A stretch of DNA of 20,000 nucleotides from an uncultured virus (IMG/VR IMGVR_UViG_3300013497_000039) (lineage: Duplodnaviria > Heunggongvirae > Uroviricota > Caudoviricetes): positions 49,946-69,945 of IMG/VR virus record IMGVR_UViG_3300013497_000039; one strand, written 5' to 3'. Numbering within the stretch: the first letter of the stretch is position 1; every line of letters begins with the position of its first letter. The notes beneath the pieces were generated by a model. The model was not told the DNA's origin and ran no database searches. It saw nothing but the letters and a program-made list of their open reading frames with translations. A program made the position numbers and the translations under genes. Below are positions 1 to 8,706 of this stretch, piece by piece.

Positions 1-177
1 CACATGTGCAGCTCTTTCTTTTCTCTGATAAAAACCAAGGGCAAAGGATCTACCATCTGTTTTTCTTCTAATCATTACGGCATAATCTGTTTTTCCTTCT
101 GCCGGATCCGACACGTTAATTTCATCCATTCCCTCAGTGCTTAAAATTCTTTTTCCATTCTGTGTTAAAATCCACAT
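1..177 (-). CDS. Phage hypothetical protein, 5' part only (runs off the window; not in the ORF track)
   Basis: GGAGG RBS then ATG at 177; open frame MWILTQNGKRILSTEGMDEINVSDPAEGKTDYAVMIRRKTDGRSFALGFYQRKERAAHV to position 1. Confidence 0.8.
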   Translation of the reverse strand, partial: MWILTQNGKRILSTEGMDEINVSDPAEGKTDYAVMIRRKTDGRSFALGFYQRKERAAHV

Positions 178-190
178 AAAATATCCTCCA

Positions 191-529
191 TTATTCTACT
201 TTTTTTATTTTCTTTCTTCTCAATTTGGCTGCATAATCTGATATTATAAATTCAGCACAATCTTCTTTCTTCCGTGTTCTATGGAAGGAATTACCCGTAT
301 AATACCAGCACTCATCACAATTGAAACAAGGCTCTCTCTGCTCTTCCGGCCTAACCTTGTGCCAGACCTCTTCAACATTATTGACACAACGTTCGCAAAG
401 GCAATTTGCACATTGTGTAACAGGATTATTTATTTTTCCAAAAAGTCTCTCGAGCATGGATTTACATTCTGGCTCCGCTGGTTCTTGCGGCTTTTCAATA
501 AAATCAAATATATCCATTTGTTTAAACAT
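191..529 (-). CDS. Cys-rich hypothetical protein with N-terminal clamp-binding-like motif QMDIF
   Basis: GGAGG RBS; CxxCxCxxC and CxxCxxC clusters; N-terminus MFKQMDIFDF. Confidence 0.8.
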   Translation of the reverse strand: MFKQMDIFDFIEKPQEPAEPECKSMLERLFGKINNPVTQCANCLCERCVNNVEEVWHKVRPEEQREPCFNCDECWYYTGNSFHRTRKKEDCAEFIISDYAAKLRRKKIKKVE

Positions 530-546
530 GAGCGCCTCCGGGAAAC

Positions 547-834
547 TTATTCAAACAAGCTGAGTACCCACTCAAAATCTTCCACCATTTGACCTTTGAA
601 ATTATGCGGATAATCTGCACTTGCTTTTATATCTACAATTTTCTTCTCGATTTTCTCATGGGCAATTTCATAATTTGCCAGTTGCGTAAAGCATTTTTGA
701 ATCGGACACGAGTCACATTTATCGTCACAAATATCTGTACACATTTCGCAATCATCCGCTCCGCCCTCTCTATCTATCGTACATATTTTTTTAGGTACAA
801 AATATCCATCGTATTCTATTGTTAACCTCTCCAT
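547..834 (-). CDS. Cys-rich phage hypothetical protein
   Basis: AAGGAG RBS; CEMCTDICDDKCDSCPIQKC cluster; fits operon spacing. Confidence 0.8.
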   Translation of the reverse strand: MERLTIEYDGYFVPKKICTIDREGGADDCEMCTDICDDKCDSCPIQKCFTQLANYEIAHEKIEKKIVDIKASADYPHNFKGQMVEDFEWVLSLFE

Positions 835-843
835 AGTTCTCCT

Positions 844-1323
844 TTATCTTCTTCCTCTAATGAGATCCGGATTATCATGAATGTTCCCTAGAACAACGTC
901 ATTGCACCTTTCCCCTTCGTCGTTATCAAACTGTCCTCTCCCTATTGGATAGAATCCACTTCCCGAACCCTTCTCTATCTTCAAGTAAAAACCAGTGCCT
1001 CCCATATCCATCCAAACAATCTCCCCTATGATCTTTTCTCCGAATATATCACGTTGAACAATATCTCCCTCAAATATCTCCTTACCCTTGGCATCCTTGA
1101 TTCCGGTATACTGTCCAAGAGTATCCCGATCAATATCCATTTTGTAGTGAGGCTTTGGCATATTCCAATCGCAGAAACCATCAAACAGTAGATAATGATG
1201 TTCATTTTCTCGAATCTGGTCAGCCGTTGCACAGCAGAGTGTGGTATCCTCACAGTGCCAGTAATGCCCCCGGCGCCATCCTTCTCCATCTCTTCCCTTG
1301 GCTCTAAATAATATATCTCTCAT
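844..1323 (-). CDS. YopX family protein
   Basis: MRDILFRAK N-terminus, TLGQYTGIKDAKGKEIFEGDIV core and VLGNIHDNPDL C-terminus are YopX hallmarks. Confidence 0.92.
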   Translation of the reverse strand: MRDILFRAKGRDGEGWRRGHYWHCEDTTLCCATADQIRENEHHYLLFDGFCDWNMPKPHYKMDIDRDTLGQYTGIKDAKGKEIFEGDIVQRDIFGEKIIGEIVWMDMGGTGFYLKIEKGSGSGFYPIGRGQFDNDEGERCNDVVLGNIHDNPDLIRGRR

Positions 1324-1348
1324 TAAGCGTCATCCCTTTCTATTGAAA

Positions 1349-1831
1349 TTAATTTAAAATTCTGTCTCTTGTTGCCGATCTGAACATCATGAGTAGCATT
1401 TCCGGTACCGATTTATCCCTGTCTTTCCTCACTGCTTTTTTTACAGATTTTAAATCATACCAATCGCCTCGATAATTCTTTCCATCAGGAATATAAACTC
1501 CAACTTTGTACGGTATTTCATTTTTCACTTTTTCGTACACTTCCTCAGGCATGACATAATAATTAAAATCCCCCAAGAAATTATGCCCGTTCTTTGAATG
1601 AAAATCTTCTACCGAGGACTTCACTTCAAAGCAATAGAAGTCTCCTTTTTCAATGCCAGACACGGTATTATTGACAGGTTTAAATTTCATATAATCCACT
1701 CGTACTGCTTTGCTGGTGGCATAGTCAAACGTAACTTCTGAAGCCCAGTAAATCCTTGGATCATTATGTGGATTGATATGCTTTTGGATAGATAATGATA
1801 ATAATTTTGTAAGTTCAGGTCTGCCGCTCAT
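1349..1831 (-). CDS. PD-(D/E)XK restriction-endonuclease-like protein (MmcB-like); start corrected to ATG 1831
   Basis: EVTF...RVDYM...CFEVKSSVEDF...GDFNYYVMP gives an E...D...ExK catalytic pattern; AAGGA RBS before ATG 1831. Confidence 0.7.
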   Translation of the reverse strand: MSGRPELTKLLSLSIQKHINPHNDPRIYWASEVTFDYATSKAVRVDYMKFKPVNNTVSGIEKGDFYCFEVKSSVEDFHSKNGHNFLGDFNYYVMPEEVYEKVKNEIPYKVGVYIPDGKNYRGDWYDLKSVKKAVRKDRDKSVPEMLLMMFRSATRDRILN

Positions 1832-1835
1832 ACCG

Positions 1836-2303
1836 CTATTCCTTATCACTATCCAAAACATATGCCGTACATAACGCTTCAAAATCTGCCGCCAGGGCCC
1901 ACCGTGAACCAGAAGGCTCCGTAATATACGAACCTTCTTTAGATCCTACAAAATCATAATCATGAGGAAAGACACTTTCGATATAAACCTCTGTACCGTC
2001 CGGCAAGGCTTTAACTTCTTCCAGTGATAGCTTTCTTCCATGTTGTTGAGAGGCACAGCTACTGCATAAATCTTCTTCCACCCAATAGCAGCCTCCAGGG
2101 CAGGCATGAAACCAGTCACAGCCACATATGCGGCACTTTCTATCACTATCATGAATTGTGATTTCTGCCAACTCCCCCTCTGACTGAAGAGAACTTTTTT
2201 TAATACCAATCCCCTCTCCCAAAAACACATCATCTAAGAGATTGTGTATTCCTTCAATTTCGGATAACTCTTCTTCCGTTTCAATTTCAAATATAATTTT
2301 CAT
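1836..2303 (-). CDS. Hypothetical protein with central Zn-finger
   Basis: RKCRICGCDWFHACPGGCYWVEEDLCSSC motif; GGAGGA RBS; ATGA overlap with the upstream gene. Confidence 0.8.
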   Translation of the reverse strand: MKIIFEIETEEELSEIEGIHNLLDDVFLGEGIGIKKSSLQSEGELAEITIHDSDRKCRICGCDWFHACPGGCYWVEEDLCSSCASQQHGRKLSLEEVKALPDGTEVYIESVFPHDYDFVGSKEGSYITEPSGSRWALAADFEALCTAYVLDSDKE

Positions 2304-2671
2304 AGTGATTCCTCCGCAAAAATGAAAAAGAAATACTTTTTCCTTATCTCATCCCATACATCTTTCCAAGCTGGATTCCCACAGAGAAAAACTCGACCAG
2401 CCAAAATATCCATTGCATAATCAGTAATTTCTGCCTCTTTATGTAGCCATGCACAATGCTCCCTGCAATGATTTTTTATAATATCAAGCATTTCTGTTTC
2501 CCCCGCCTGTTCTATTGCATTTCTTGTCCTCTCTCTCCACTCCTGAGGGGAAAACTCCCCCACAGAAGTTTTATATGTTTCCCTATACTCAAATACTTTT
2601 TTTCCTCTGCAATCAGTTCCTGTCTGATAGGCTCTCCCTGTTCTCATCTGAATATAATAATCTCCTACCAT
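2300..2671 (-). CDS. Phage hypothetical protein (start probably ATG 2671; TTG 2689 possible)
   Basis: Open frame directly after dnaN; GAGAGG upstream of ATG 2671. Confidence 0.72.
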   Translation of the reverse strand: MVGDYYIQMRTGRAYQTGTDCRGKKVFEYRETYKTSVGEFSPQEWRERTRNAIEQAGETEMLDIIKNHCREHCAWLHKEAEITDYAMDILAGRVFLCGNPAWKDVWDEIRKKYFFFIFAEESL

Positions 2672-2689
2672 ATTCCTGCCTCTTTCCAA

Positions 2690-3745
2690 CTATCTCTGTA
2701 ACTGCACTGGAAGAACTACAGCCTGCATTTCACTATCACAAGCTTTAACAATCATAGGCAGCTTTTCACCGCCAAAAGACAATGAAATTTCTTCACAGGA
2801 AAATGCTTTTATTGTTTCCAGTACCAGGCGGGAATTGAATCCTATAACCAAATTTTCTACGGGTGTATTGAGCTGTATGACCTCTGAATAATCCGCCGTA
2901 CTGTCCTTAATGCTTAATTTAAGGGAATCCCCTTCAATCTCAAATTTTGTCGGTGTCTTTTCATCGGTACAAATTTTGGCTCTAGTGATGGCATCCAACA
3001 TTTCCACCCGTTTTACTCCCGTTTGCATAGGAAGTTCTTCAAAGATTTTTTCATAAGCAAAATATTTTCCTTCTATAAGCCTTGTAAATATCTCATAGCC
3101 TTCTGATCTAAAAATGGCACTGTGATTATCGTATTCAATCAGGACCTCTCCACTCATTTCAAGTGTAAGCAGCTTTTCAACCGCTCCTCTTGGTAACAAC
3201 AGCTTAAATTCTCCCTCAAAATCCTGCCGGTCCCAGGCAAGAACATGCCCGTCCAATCCCACAAAATTTAATTTCCCATTTGAAGCCTCCAGATAAAGAG
3301 CTGTCATAATTATGTTGCTGTTTTGAACAGGAACGGCATATAAGACATGAGCCATAGATTCTTTTAAATTTCTGCTCTGAATCTTCATGCTGCTTCCACC
3401 CTCGGCAATACGATCTGCAGAGTAAGAATACTCATCTGCCGGAAAACTCTGATAGGAATTTTTTATCTTCCCCATTTTGATAGTAATCAGATTCTTATTA
3501 TTCTCTGTAATCTCCACTTCTCCATCCGGCAAATTTTTAATAAGGTCAAATGCTTTTGCGGGAATGATGAAGCTTTCCCCCTCTATGCCTTCCAGCTTCG
3601 CCTTAACAGTCATTTCTGTATTACTCGCTATTAAATAACCGTCCTGAATCAAAATACCCACCAACGCAGGATTATGGCTATTTTTCGGCACCACACTTTT
3701 CAATTTGTCAATCTTTTTTGTCAATTCCACCTTTTCAATTTTCAT
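2690..3745 (-). CDS. dnaN: Phage-encoded DNA polymerase III beta sliding clamp
   Basis: 351 aa; motifs LIASNTE, IIPAK, VGLDGHVLA (cf. ATDGHRL), FTRLIEGKYFAY (cf. SRLIEGxFPxY), IGFNSRLVLE and C-terminal AVVLPV. Confidence 0.92.
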   Translation of the reverse strand: MKIEKVELTKKIDKLKSVVPKNSHNPALVGILIQDGYLIASNTEMTVKAKLEGIEGESFIIPAKAFDLIKNLPDGEVEITENNKNLITIKMGKIKNSYQSFPADEYSYSADRIAEGGSSMKIQSRNLKESMAHVLYAVPVQNSNIIMTALYLEASNGKLNFVGLDGHVLAWDRQDFEGEFKLLLPRGAVEKLLTLEMSGEVLIEYDNHSAIFRSEGYEIFTRLIEGKYFAYEKIFEELPMQTGVKRVEMLDAITRAKICTDEKTPTKFEIEGDSLKLSIKDSTADYSEVIQLNTPVENLVIGFNSRLVLETIKAFSCEEISLSFGGEKLPMIVKACDSEMQAVVLPVQLQR

Positions 3746-4265
3746 GTAATTCCACTCCTTCCAATATCAACACCGTTCCCATTTTCTGGCTTAATTTGTA
3801 CGGGGCCAGTTCCTCCAAAGTCATATACTTTCTTCCGTAATGACTTTTCATATCTCCAAACACTTCCCAGGGTACCCGGTAAAAACTTTGTAATCCCATA
3901 GACACCATAACAAAACATTGAGCACCCATAGTCCGGAAATCATCAAGGCCCTGTCGCTGGGTTTTGGTAATAACTGATTCCTGAATGCGGTCATGATCTG
4001 TATGCTTGGCTTCAAAAATAATTGCTCTGCCATCACACAGAACCCCTTTGTAATCCGGTTGTGCCTGTTTTTCATAACAAGCTATGTATTGTCCCCTTCT
4101 CCGGTCCCCATACGGCTTTATGGGCCGCATGGGTTCAGGTGTCTTATCAACAATAGCAACGCCCCGTTCCCGATAGTAGTTACAGGACGCACTGAGAATA
4201 TTTTCAAACATACCTCCTACCGCCTGGGAACGCCAACCAATCATTTGCCTATTAACATCACTCAA
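3735..4265 (-). CDS. recU: Holliday junction resolvase, RecU family (start probably TTG 4265)
   Basis: GGMFENIL, AIVDKTPEP and QPDYKGVLCDGRAIIFEAKHT match RecU motifs; GGAAGGTGG RBS before TTG 4265. Confidence 0.88.
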   Translation of the reverse strand: MSDVNRQMIGWRSQAVGGMFENILSASCNYYRERGVAIVDKTPEPMRPIKPYGDRRRGQYIACYEKQAQPDYKGVLCDGRAIIFEAKHTDHDRIQESVITKTQRQGLDDFRTMGAQCFVMVSMGLQSFYRVPWEVFGDMKSHYGRKYMTLEELAPYKLSQKMGTVLILEGVELHEN

Positions 4266-4632
4266 AGAATCCACCTTCCTCAGCAATTTTTTTGAATTTA
4301 TCCACCGTTGCGGGTCCTACCCCGGGGATTACACCGGGAACCATCAAGGCATCAAAGAACTGTTTTACCTTTCCGCACTTTTTGCCTTCATTTCTACCTT
4401 CACTCCGGGCCTTTTCCACACGATTTTCAACATAAGAGATTAACTGTTCATCCGTCATTTTACGGATTTTTACCGCTTTTTCATGGATTGCAGTTTCATT
4501 CTTAGTTCTACGACAACTTCTTTTTGCCATACCTCTCTTTTCCTCCTTCTCTTTTCTTACTGTATTCCGGATTGCCATTGCTGCTGTAAAATCTGAATAA
4601 CCTTCCTGATTCTTCCAAAGCACTCCCCTCAC
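4258..4632 (-). CDS. Hypothetical protein with C-terminal helix-hairpin-helix-like motif; possible alternative start ATG 4530
   Basis: IPGVGPATVDK HhH-like motif; N-terminal KNQEGYSDFTA motif; GTGA overlap with the upstream gene; AAGGAGG upstream of ATG 4530. Confidence 0.72.
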   Translation of the reverse strand: MRGVLWKNQEGYSDFTAAMAIRNTVRKEKEEKRGMAKRSCRRTKNETAIHEKAVKIRKMTDEQLISYVENRVEKARSEGRNEGKKCGKVKQFFDALMVPGVIPGVGPATVDKFKKIAEEGGFFE

Positions 4633-5642
4633 TCCTTTAGTCCCACTAGGGGTGGAACTTCAATTTGATAGTTCAAACACATTTCCCGGAAACAGGTTTG
4701 GCAGATGTGAGCAAATTGTTTCGGCTGCTCTCCACGCTGTGACCTGGCACACAAGGCAATCATTTCATTCTTCTTGTACTGTGTCTTGCATGCACAGCAG
4801 GTGTTATACAGCCTATTTTTCATTTTTTCACTTATTTCTTTGTGTTGTAGCTGCAGCGGAAACTCCCGCCTCATATTCTTTTCGCCAACAATATCAAGTA
4901 AACTATCTTTCATAAATACCGGCACACCACTATTGTCAGCTGAAAGAACGATTCTCTTCACCCAATCCCATTCAGGAATGACTTTGGATTTTCTCCTGCC
5001 TGTCTCTGCTCCAATGATTATCCAATCCACCTGCCGAAATAAAATATTGTGCTGCTCCGGTTGCAAGTCCTCTAAAAGCGGCTCCAAACTCACAAAGGTT
5101 CTGCATCCTGCCGGTAGAGAATTAAAGTAGCCCATTTCAGCTTCCTTGGTTATACTGGTCCCATACCAGAGATTCTCGTATCCGGCCGGAACGCCATACT
5201 GCACATAGCGTTCCGGATTCTTGGTAAGAAACAAATAGTTATGTATAGGTTGCTTTATGCAAGTATCCAATACCTCACCGATCCACTCATCTGGCACCCA
5301 ATCTCCAAAGACATCCGCCATTGCTCCCACAAATATGTTGTTTCCCATCTTTAACTTATCGGGAATCTCCATGCGGTACCGATGGAATGTCGGTTCAAAT
5401 CCAAACGGATATACCAATGTGTATCCAGTTTCATTCTGCATAGGATTATTCAAAACAAAGACCTCTCCATTACCATCAGCCGCTGCTTGCGTCGAATAAT
5501 CCATCTTAGCCATTTTATTTAAACGTACGTCCCCGGAAAATCTGGAAGTCATACTTTTGGCATAGCAGTAAGGGCATTCATGACGGCATCCTGTTATTGG
5601 ATTCCAAGTATGGTCGCACCATTCAATTTTTGACCGGTTCAT
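4629..5642 (-). CDS. DUF5131 (phage Gp37/Gp68) radical-SAM-like protein with C-terminal Zn-finger extension; start corrected to ATG 5642
   Basis: SKIEWCDHTWNPITGCRHECPYCYA (CX3CX2C), IFVGAMADVF, LFLTKNPER, FVSLEPLL, DWIIIGAETG, VPVFMK; tail CCACK...HICQTC; GGAGGAGG RBS. Confidence 0.9.
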   Translation of the reverse strand: MNRSKIEWCDHTWNPITGCRHECPYCYAKSMTSRFSGDVRLNKMAKMDYSTQAAADGNGEVFVLNNPMQNETGYTLVYPFGFEPTFHRYRMEIPDKLKMGNNIFVGAMADVFGDWVPDEWIGEVLDTCIKQPIHNYLFLTKNPERYVQYGVPAGYENLWYGTSITKEAEMGYFNSLPAGCRTFVSLEPLLEDLQPEQHNILFRQVDWIIIGAETGRRKSKVIPEWDWVKRIVLSADNSGVPVFMKDSLLDIVGEKNMRREFPLQLQHKEISEKMKNRLYNTCCACKTQYKKNEMIALCARSQRGEQPKQFAHICQTCFREMCLNYQIEVPPLVGLKE

Positions 5643-5781
5643 AGGAAGTCGCCTCCTCCATCCTAGGCATCCGGGCAAGCAAGTTGCAGGCTTCCACAAT
5701 TGCCTGATATTCTGTAGAATGCAAATCATCATGGCCATCCTTAATTCCAATTAAACGCTCAACAATTTCACCTATAATCAT
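5623..5781 (-). CDS. Small hypothetical protein, 52 aa (not in the ORF track)
   Basis: GGGAGGA RBS; ATGA overlap with the upstream stop at 5778; MIIGEIVERLIGIKDGHDDLHSTEYQAIVEACNLLARMPRMEEATSYEPVKN fills the operon gap. Confidence 0.72.
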   Translation of the reverse strand: MIIGEIVERLIGIKDGHDDLHSTEYQAIVEACNLLARMPRMEEATSYEPVKN

Positions 5782-5978
5782 GATTCTTCCTCCCAATATT
5801 CAACATAATATTCATACTGCGCATTCTTCCTATCCTCTGTTCCCGGAACTTGGCCACGACCTATTTTTGCAATATAACCGGCTTTGATTAACAGTCCGGC
5901 CAATGCAAGACGGTCCTCTTCATTCCACTGAACAGAGCCTTTTCTCCGGCTATAAACTCTACTTCTATTACTTTCCAT
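5778..5978 (-). CDS. Small phage hypothetical protein (start ATG 5978)
   Basis: TGATG overlap with the pcfJ stop; GAGAGGTG RBS; EDRLALAGLLIKAGY...YEYYVEY. Confidence 0.78.
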   Translation of the reverse strand: MESNRSRVYSRRKGSVQWNEEDRLALAGLLIKAGYIAKIGRGQVPGTEDRKNAQYEYYVEYWEEES

Positions 5979-8131
5979 CAGCCGCACCTCTCATTTCCGG
6001 AAGGAGCTTCCATAAAGTCTGCCTCAAGAACATCTGCCAATAAATGACCTGCCAGGTGCCCCCTCCAAATCTTGGCTTTTGTCCTCCTCAGTTCTGCAAA
6101 TTCTTCAATACGGAGCCTTGCACTCTCGGCAGACAATTTTATATCTTCCTCAGATAATCTCTTTTGTATTTCTTTCTGCCATTTTTCAAGGAATCTTTTA
6201 GCCTCTTTAAAATCCGGATTCTGTTTATCTCCAATTGTTCTTTTTTGACGGACAGAACCACCCGGTTCAATTTCTAAAGTGTAGTACGGTTTATCCAACT
6301 CTTCTTGTTTTCTCAAAAAAACTATATATGATTCCCTTGTCTGAATCCGTTCAAAATATATATCACTTCTATCTAGGCAGTGTCCAAGGACTTGGCCTTC
6401 CGTTATGATATCCTCAATTCTGTTTGGGGCAATAATTGCATAATGCTTATCAGCGAATTCGTACTTCTCTTTAACAGACATACATATTTGATCAATATCA
6501 GGAAATTTCTCAGCAATTTCTCCGGCTCTCTTTGCAATCTCCTGTCCACCGCTAAGCTTCACCACTTCATCATGACTTTTTATCAAATCCTTTGGTTTAT
6601 ACACCAATTCAATTCTTGTGTCCATTTTCAGTCGGTTAGCCATGCATAGGTAATCTTCCCAGGTGGACAACAATTCTTTAGGTTTCCGTCCGCTTAGTGC
6701 ATATTGCTTCCGCAGGAAGTTGAATATCTTTGTTTCGCTCATTCTGTCAGAAATGAATTTCAACTTATCTGGCATGATACTTTCCTTTTCAAAATACCGT
6801 ATGATTTCATCTGAAATAGTTTTAACATTTCGCTTTTCAAACTTAATCCATTCAAGAAAGAAGTTTCCGCCATTATTTTCTCTGAGCCTTTTTAATCTCT
6901 GCTTATCAATATTCAGTGCTTTCGCCAAATCATTGATGTTCTTAATATCCAATTTTTTATCACCAAATGCTATCTCACCAGCAAGCCTAGTTAGGCCTGC
7001 CTTTGCAAGCTGTTCCAGATATGCCTTGTGTCTTAAAGCATAAAGATATTTCTCCGGATCAATCCTGTCTAAAGAATTTATCATTTCTGGTAACCCAGTC
7101 CGGTTCAATTCATTTTTAGACAACGAGGATATTGTTCGTTTGTATACCCTCCCTCTTTTCGAACTATAACAACTATACCCTTCTGATTTAATCCATCGTG
7201 ATTCCATTTGCTTGTAGAGCCCGTACCAGAATGCTTGAATATTCATATCTCTGTCATAAATAACCCGCCTATCTTCAAAACAGCATTTGTCTGGTTTCTC
7301 GTATTTTCCCTTGTAATAGTGTCTGTGAGCCGTAAACTCTCTGACAACAAAACCATCATCGCAACGCTGAATAAGGTATACTGGTACACGTTCTGTAGTA
7401 AAGTTTCCAGCTTTCCCAATGGATTTGAACTTTACATCATGTCCACAACAGGAGCATTTTCCATCCGAATTATGCTTAGGTTTAGATATTGGGACTATTT
7501 TTTCACACCAAGTGCAATAACCTTTCGTGGCTCCTTTTCTGGAGTATTCATAAAAAATGTAGTTTTCAGGTATTCCGCTTTTATCCACCCAATGATTCCA
7601 ATCCTTGGGAAGTTCGGGTATCTGTTCCATTGCCATATCCCATGGCCCTGTTTCTCTCCTGTATCTTTGTTTTAACTGGTCTTTTCTTACACTAAGCTGA
7701 TAATCCAAAATACCTCTGTATCCACCGTTTTGGACTCCCAAATAGTTTTTAATGCTCTTATTCCCTTCTCTGTTTATAAACTTATCAGGAGAATATATTA
7801 CGGTTTCCGGCCAAGAAAGCATATCTAGTTTTGCATTGCTCCATTTTTCATGAAGAACATCCCAGGTTATGAACTCTCCTGATTCTTTGTTTATGAATAA
7901 TTCGTAAAGCGGTTTGTTACTTCCAAGTCGCATATTCTCTGTTACGAAAAAAGCAACTTTTAAGATTCCGCTTAAGACCTGGCACCTCATGTATAGTCCA
8001 TGTTTATATGCGTTTACACTGGCATTTTTCCACGAAACAGTTTTTAATCTCGGAACATCCATTCCGGCTTTTTTCATCATAGTATCAGTTGCATACAATC
8101 TCCTGAGTTTTCTCAGCTGCTCTTTTTTCAC
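5978..8131 (-). CDS. PcfJ domain-containing protein
   Basis: C-terminal WEDYLCMA...PKDLIKSHD...APNRIEDIITEGQVLGHC...IVFLRK...PYYTLEI...VRQKR is the PcfJ pattern; internal Zn ribbon CTWC...CSCC; GTG start overlapping the upstream stop. Confidence 0.88.
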   Translation of the reverse strand: MKKEQLRKLRRLYATDTMMKKAGMDVPRLKTVSWKNASVNAYKHGLYMRCQVLSGILKVAFFVTENMRLGSNKPLYELFINKESGEFITWDVLHEKWSNAKLDMLSWPETVIYSPDKFINREGNKSIKNYLGVQNGGYRGILDYQLSVRKDQLKQRYRRETGPWDMAMEQIPELPKDWNHWVDKSGIPENYIFYEYSRKGATKGYCTWCEKIVPISKPKHNSDGKCSCCGHDVKFKSIGKAGNFTTERVPVYLIQRCDDGFVVREFTAHRHYYKGKYEKPDKCCFEDRRVIYDRDMNIQAFWYGLYKQMESRWIKSEGYSCYSSKRGRVYKRTISSLSKNELNRTGLPEMINSLDRIDPEKYLYALRHKAYLEQLAKAGLTRLAGEIAFGDKKLDIKNINDLAKALNIDKQRLKRLRENNGGNFFLEWIKFEKRNVKTISDEIIRYFEKESIMPDKLKFISDRMSETKIFNFLRKQYALSGRKPKELLSTWEDYLCMANRLKMDTRIELVYKPKDLIKSHDEVVKLSGGQEIAKRAGEIAEKFPDIDQICMSVKEKYEFADKHYAIIAPNRIEDIITEGQVLGHCLDRSDIYFERIQTRESYIVFLRKQEELDKPYYTLEIEPGGSVRQKRTIGDKQNPDFKEAKRFLEKWQKEIQKRLSEEDIKLSAESARLRIEEFAELRRTKAKIWRGHLAGHLLADVLEADFMEAPSGNERCG

Positions 8132-8694
8132 GATTCTTCCCCCTTTTCATATGGAACTCCTTCTACCGTATACCATGTGTCTGGCAGAAAGTTCACACCG
8201 TCAATTTTATAAACTGCAATATCATTAATTTCAGAACTGCTTTTATCCTCTCTGGCAAATCCCAAGAAAGCACCCTTAACACCTTTTGCAATGGGCTGTT
8301 TGCCCCTTACAATAACAAATTTACCATAGGCTTCTGCCTCATCCATTCGCACATTGCCATTCATCTTGCGAAGAGGATGATTGCTTATATATATAAGGCT
8401 TTCCATTAAAAATTCTTCCATGGTCAGTTCTTTAAGAAGCAACATTTCTGTACAGGATATCTTGCTGTCTTCACCATCTTCGTTGATATCTCCACCGGCA
8501 TCCACTATGTAATAAACCGAATTATCCCAGTCCGAATAATAACTAAGACAATCCAAAGGATCTTCAGCACAATGAAAACCATCTTTCCTGCAATTTGCAG
8601 CTTCAGTAGTATTTATTACCCCAAGTCTGTACTGGAACCTATTCCCACCAGCGGTGCAGGATAAGTCTTTCTCAAATCCCTTGTACGCTATCAT
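8128..8694 (-). CDS. DUF7666-like conserved phage protein
   Basis: AYKGFEKDLSC...FQY..G...C..GFHCAEDPLDCLSYY and C-terminal IDGVNFLPDTWY; usual position upstream of PcfJ. Confidence 0.75.
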   Translation of the reverse strand: MIAYKGFEKDLSCTAGGNRFQYRLGVINTTEAANCRKDGFHCAEDPLDCLSYYSDWDNSVYYIVDAGGDINEDGEDSKISCTEMLLLKELTMEEFLMESLIYISNHPLRKMNGNVRMDEAEAYGKFVIVRGKQPIAKGVKGAFLGFAREDKSSSEINDIAVYKIDGVNFLPDTWYTVEGVPYEKGEES

Positions 8695-8706
8695 TTAAAA
8701 ACCCCC

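Noticed and set aside
2690..3745. Host chromosomal dnaA-dnaN origin locus
   Set aside because: No dnaA, recF or gyrB nearby; the gene overlaps phage recU within the phage operon
5643..5750. N-terminal extension of the DUF5131 ORF given by the track
   Set aside because: The family-typical start MNRSKIEW has a strong RBS at 5642, and the extension overlaps the 52-aa gene
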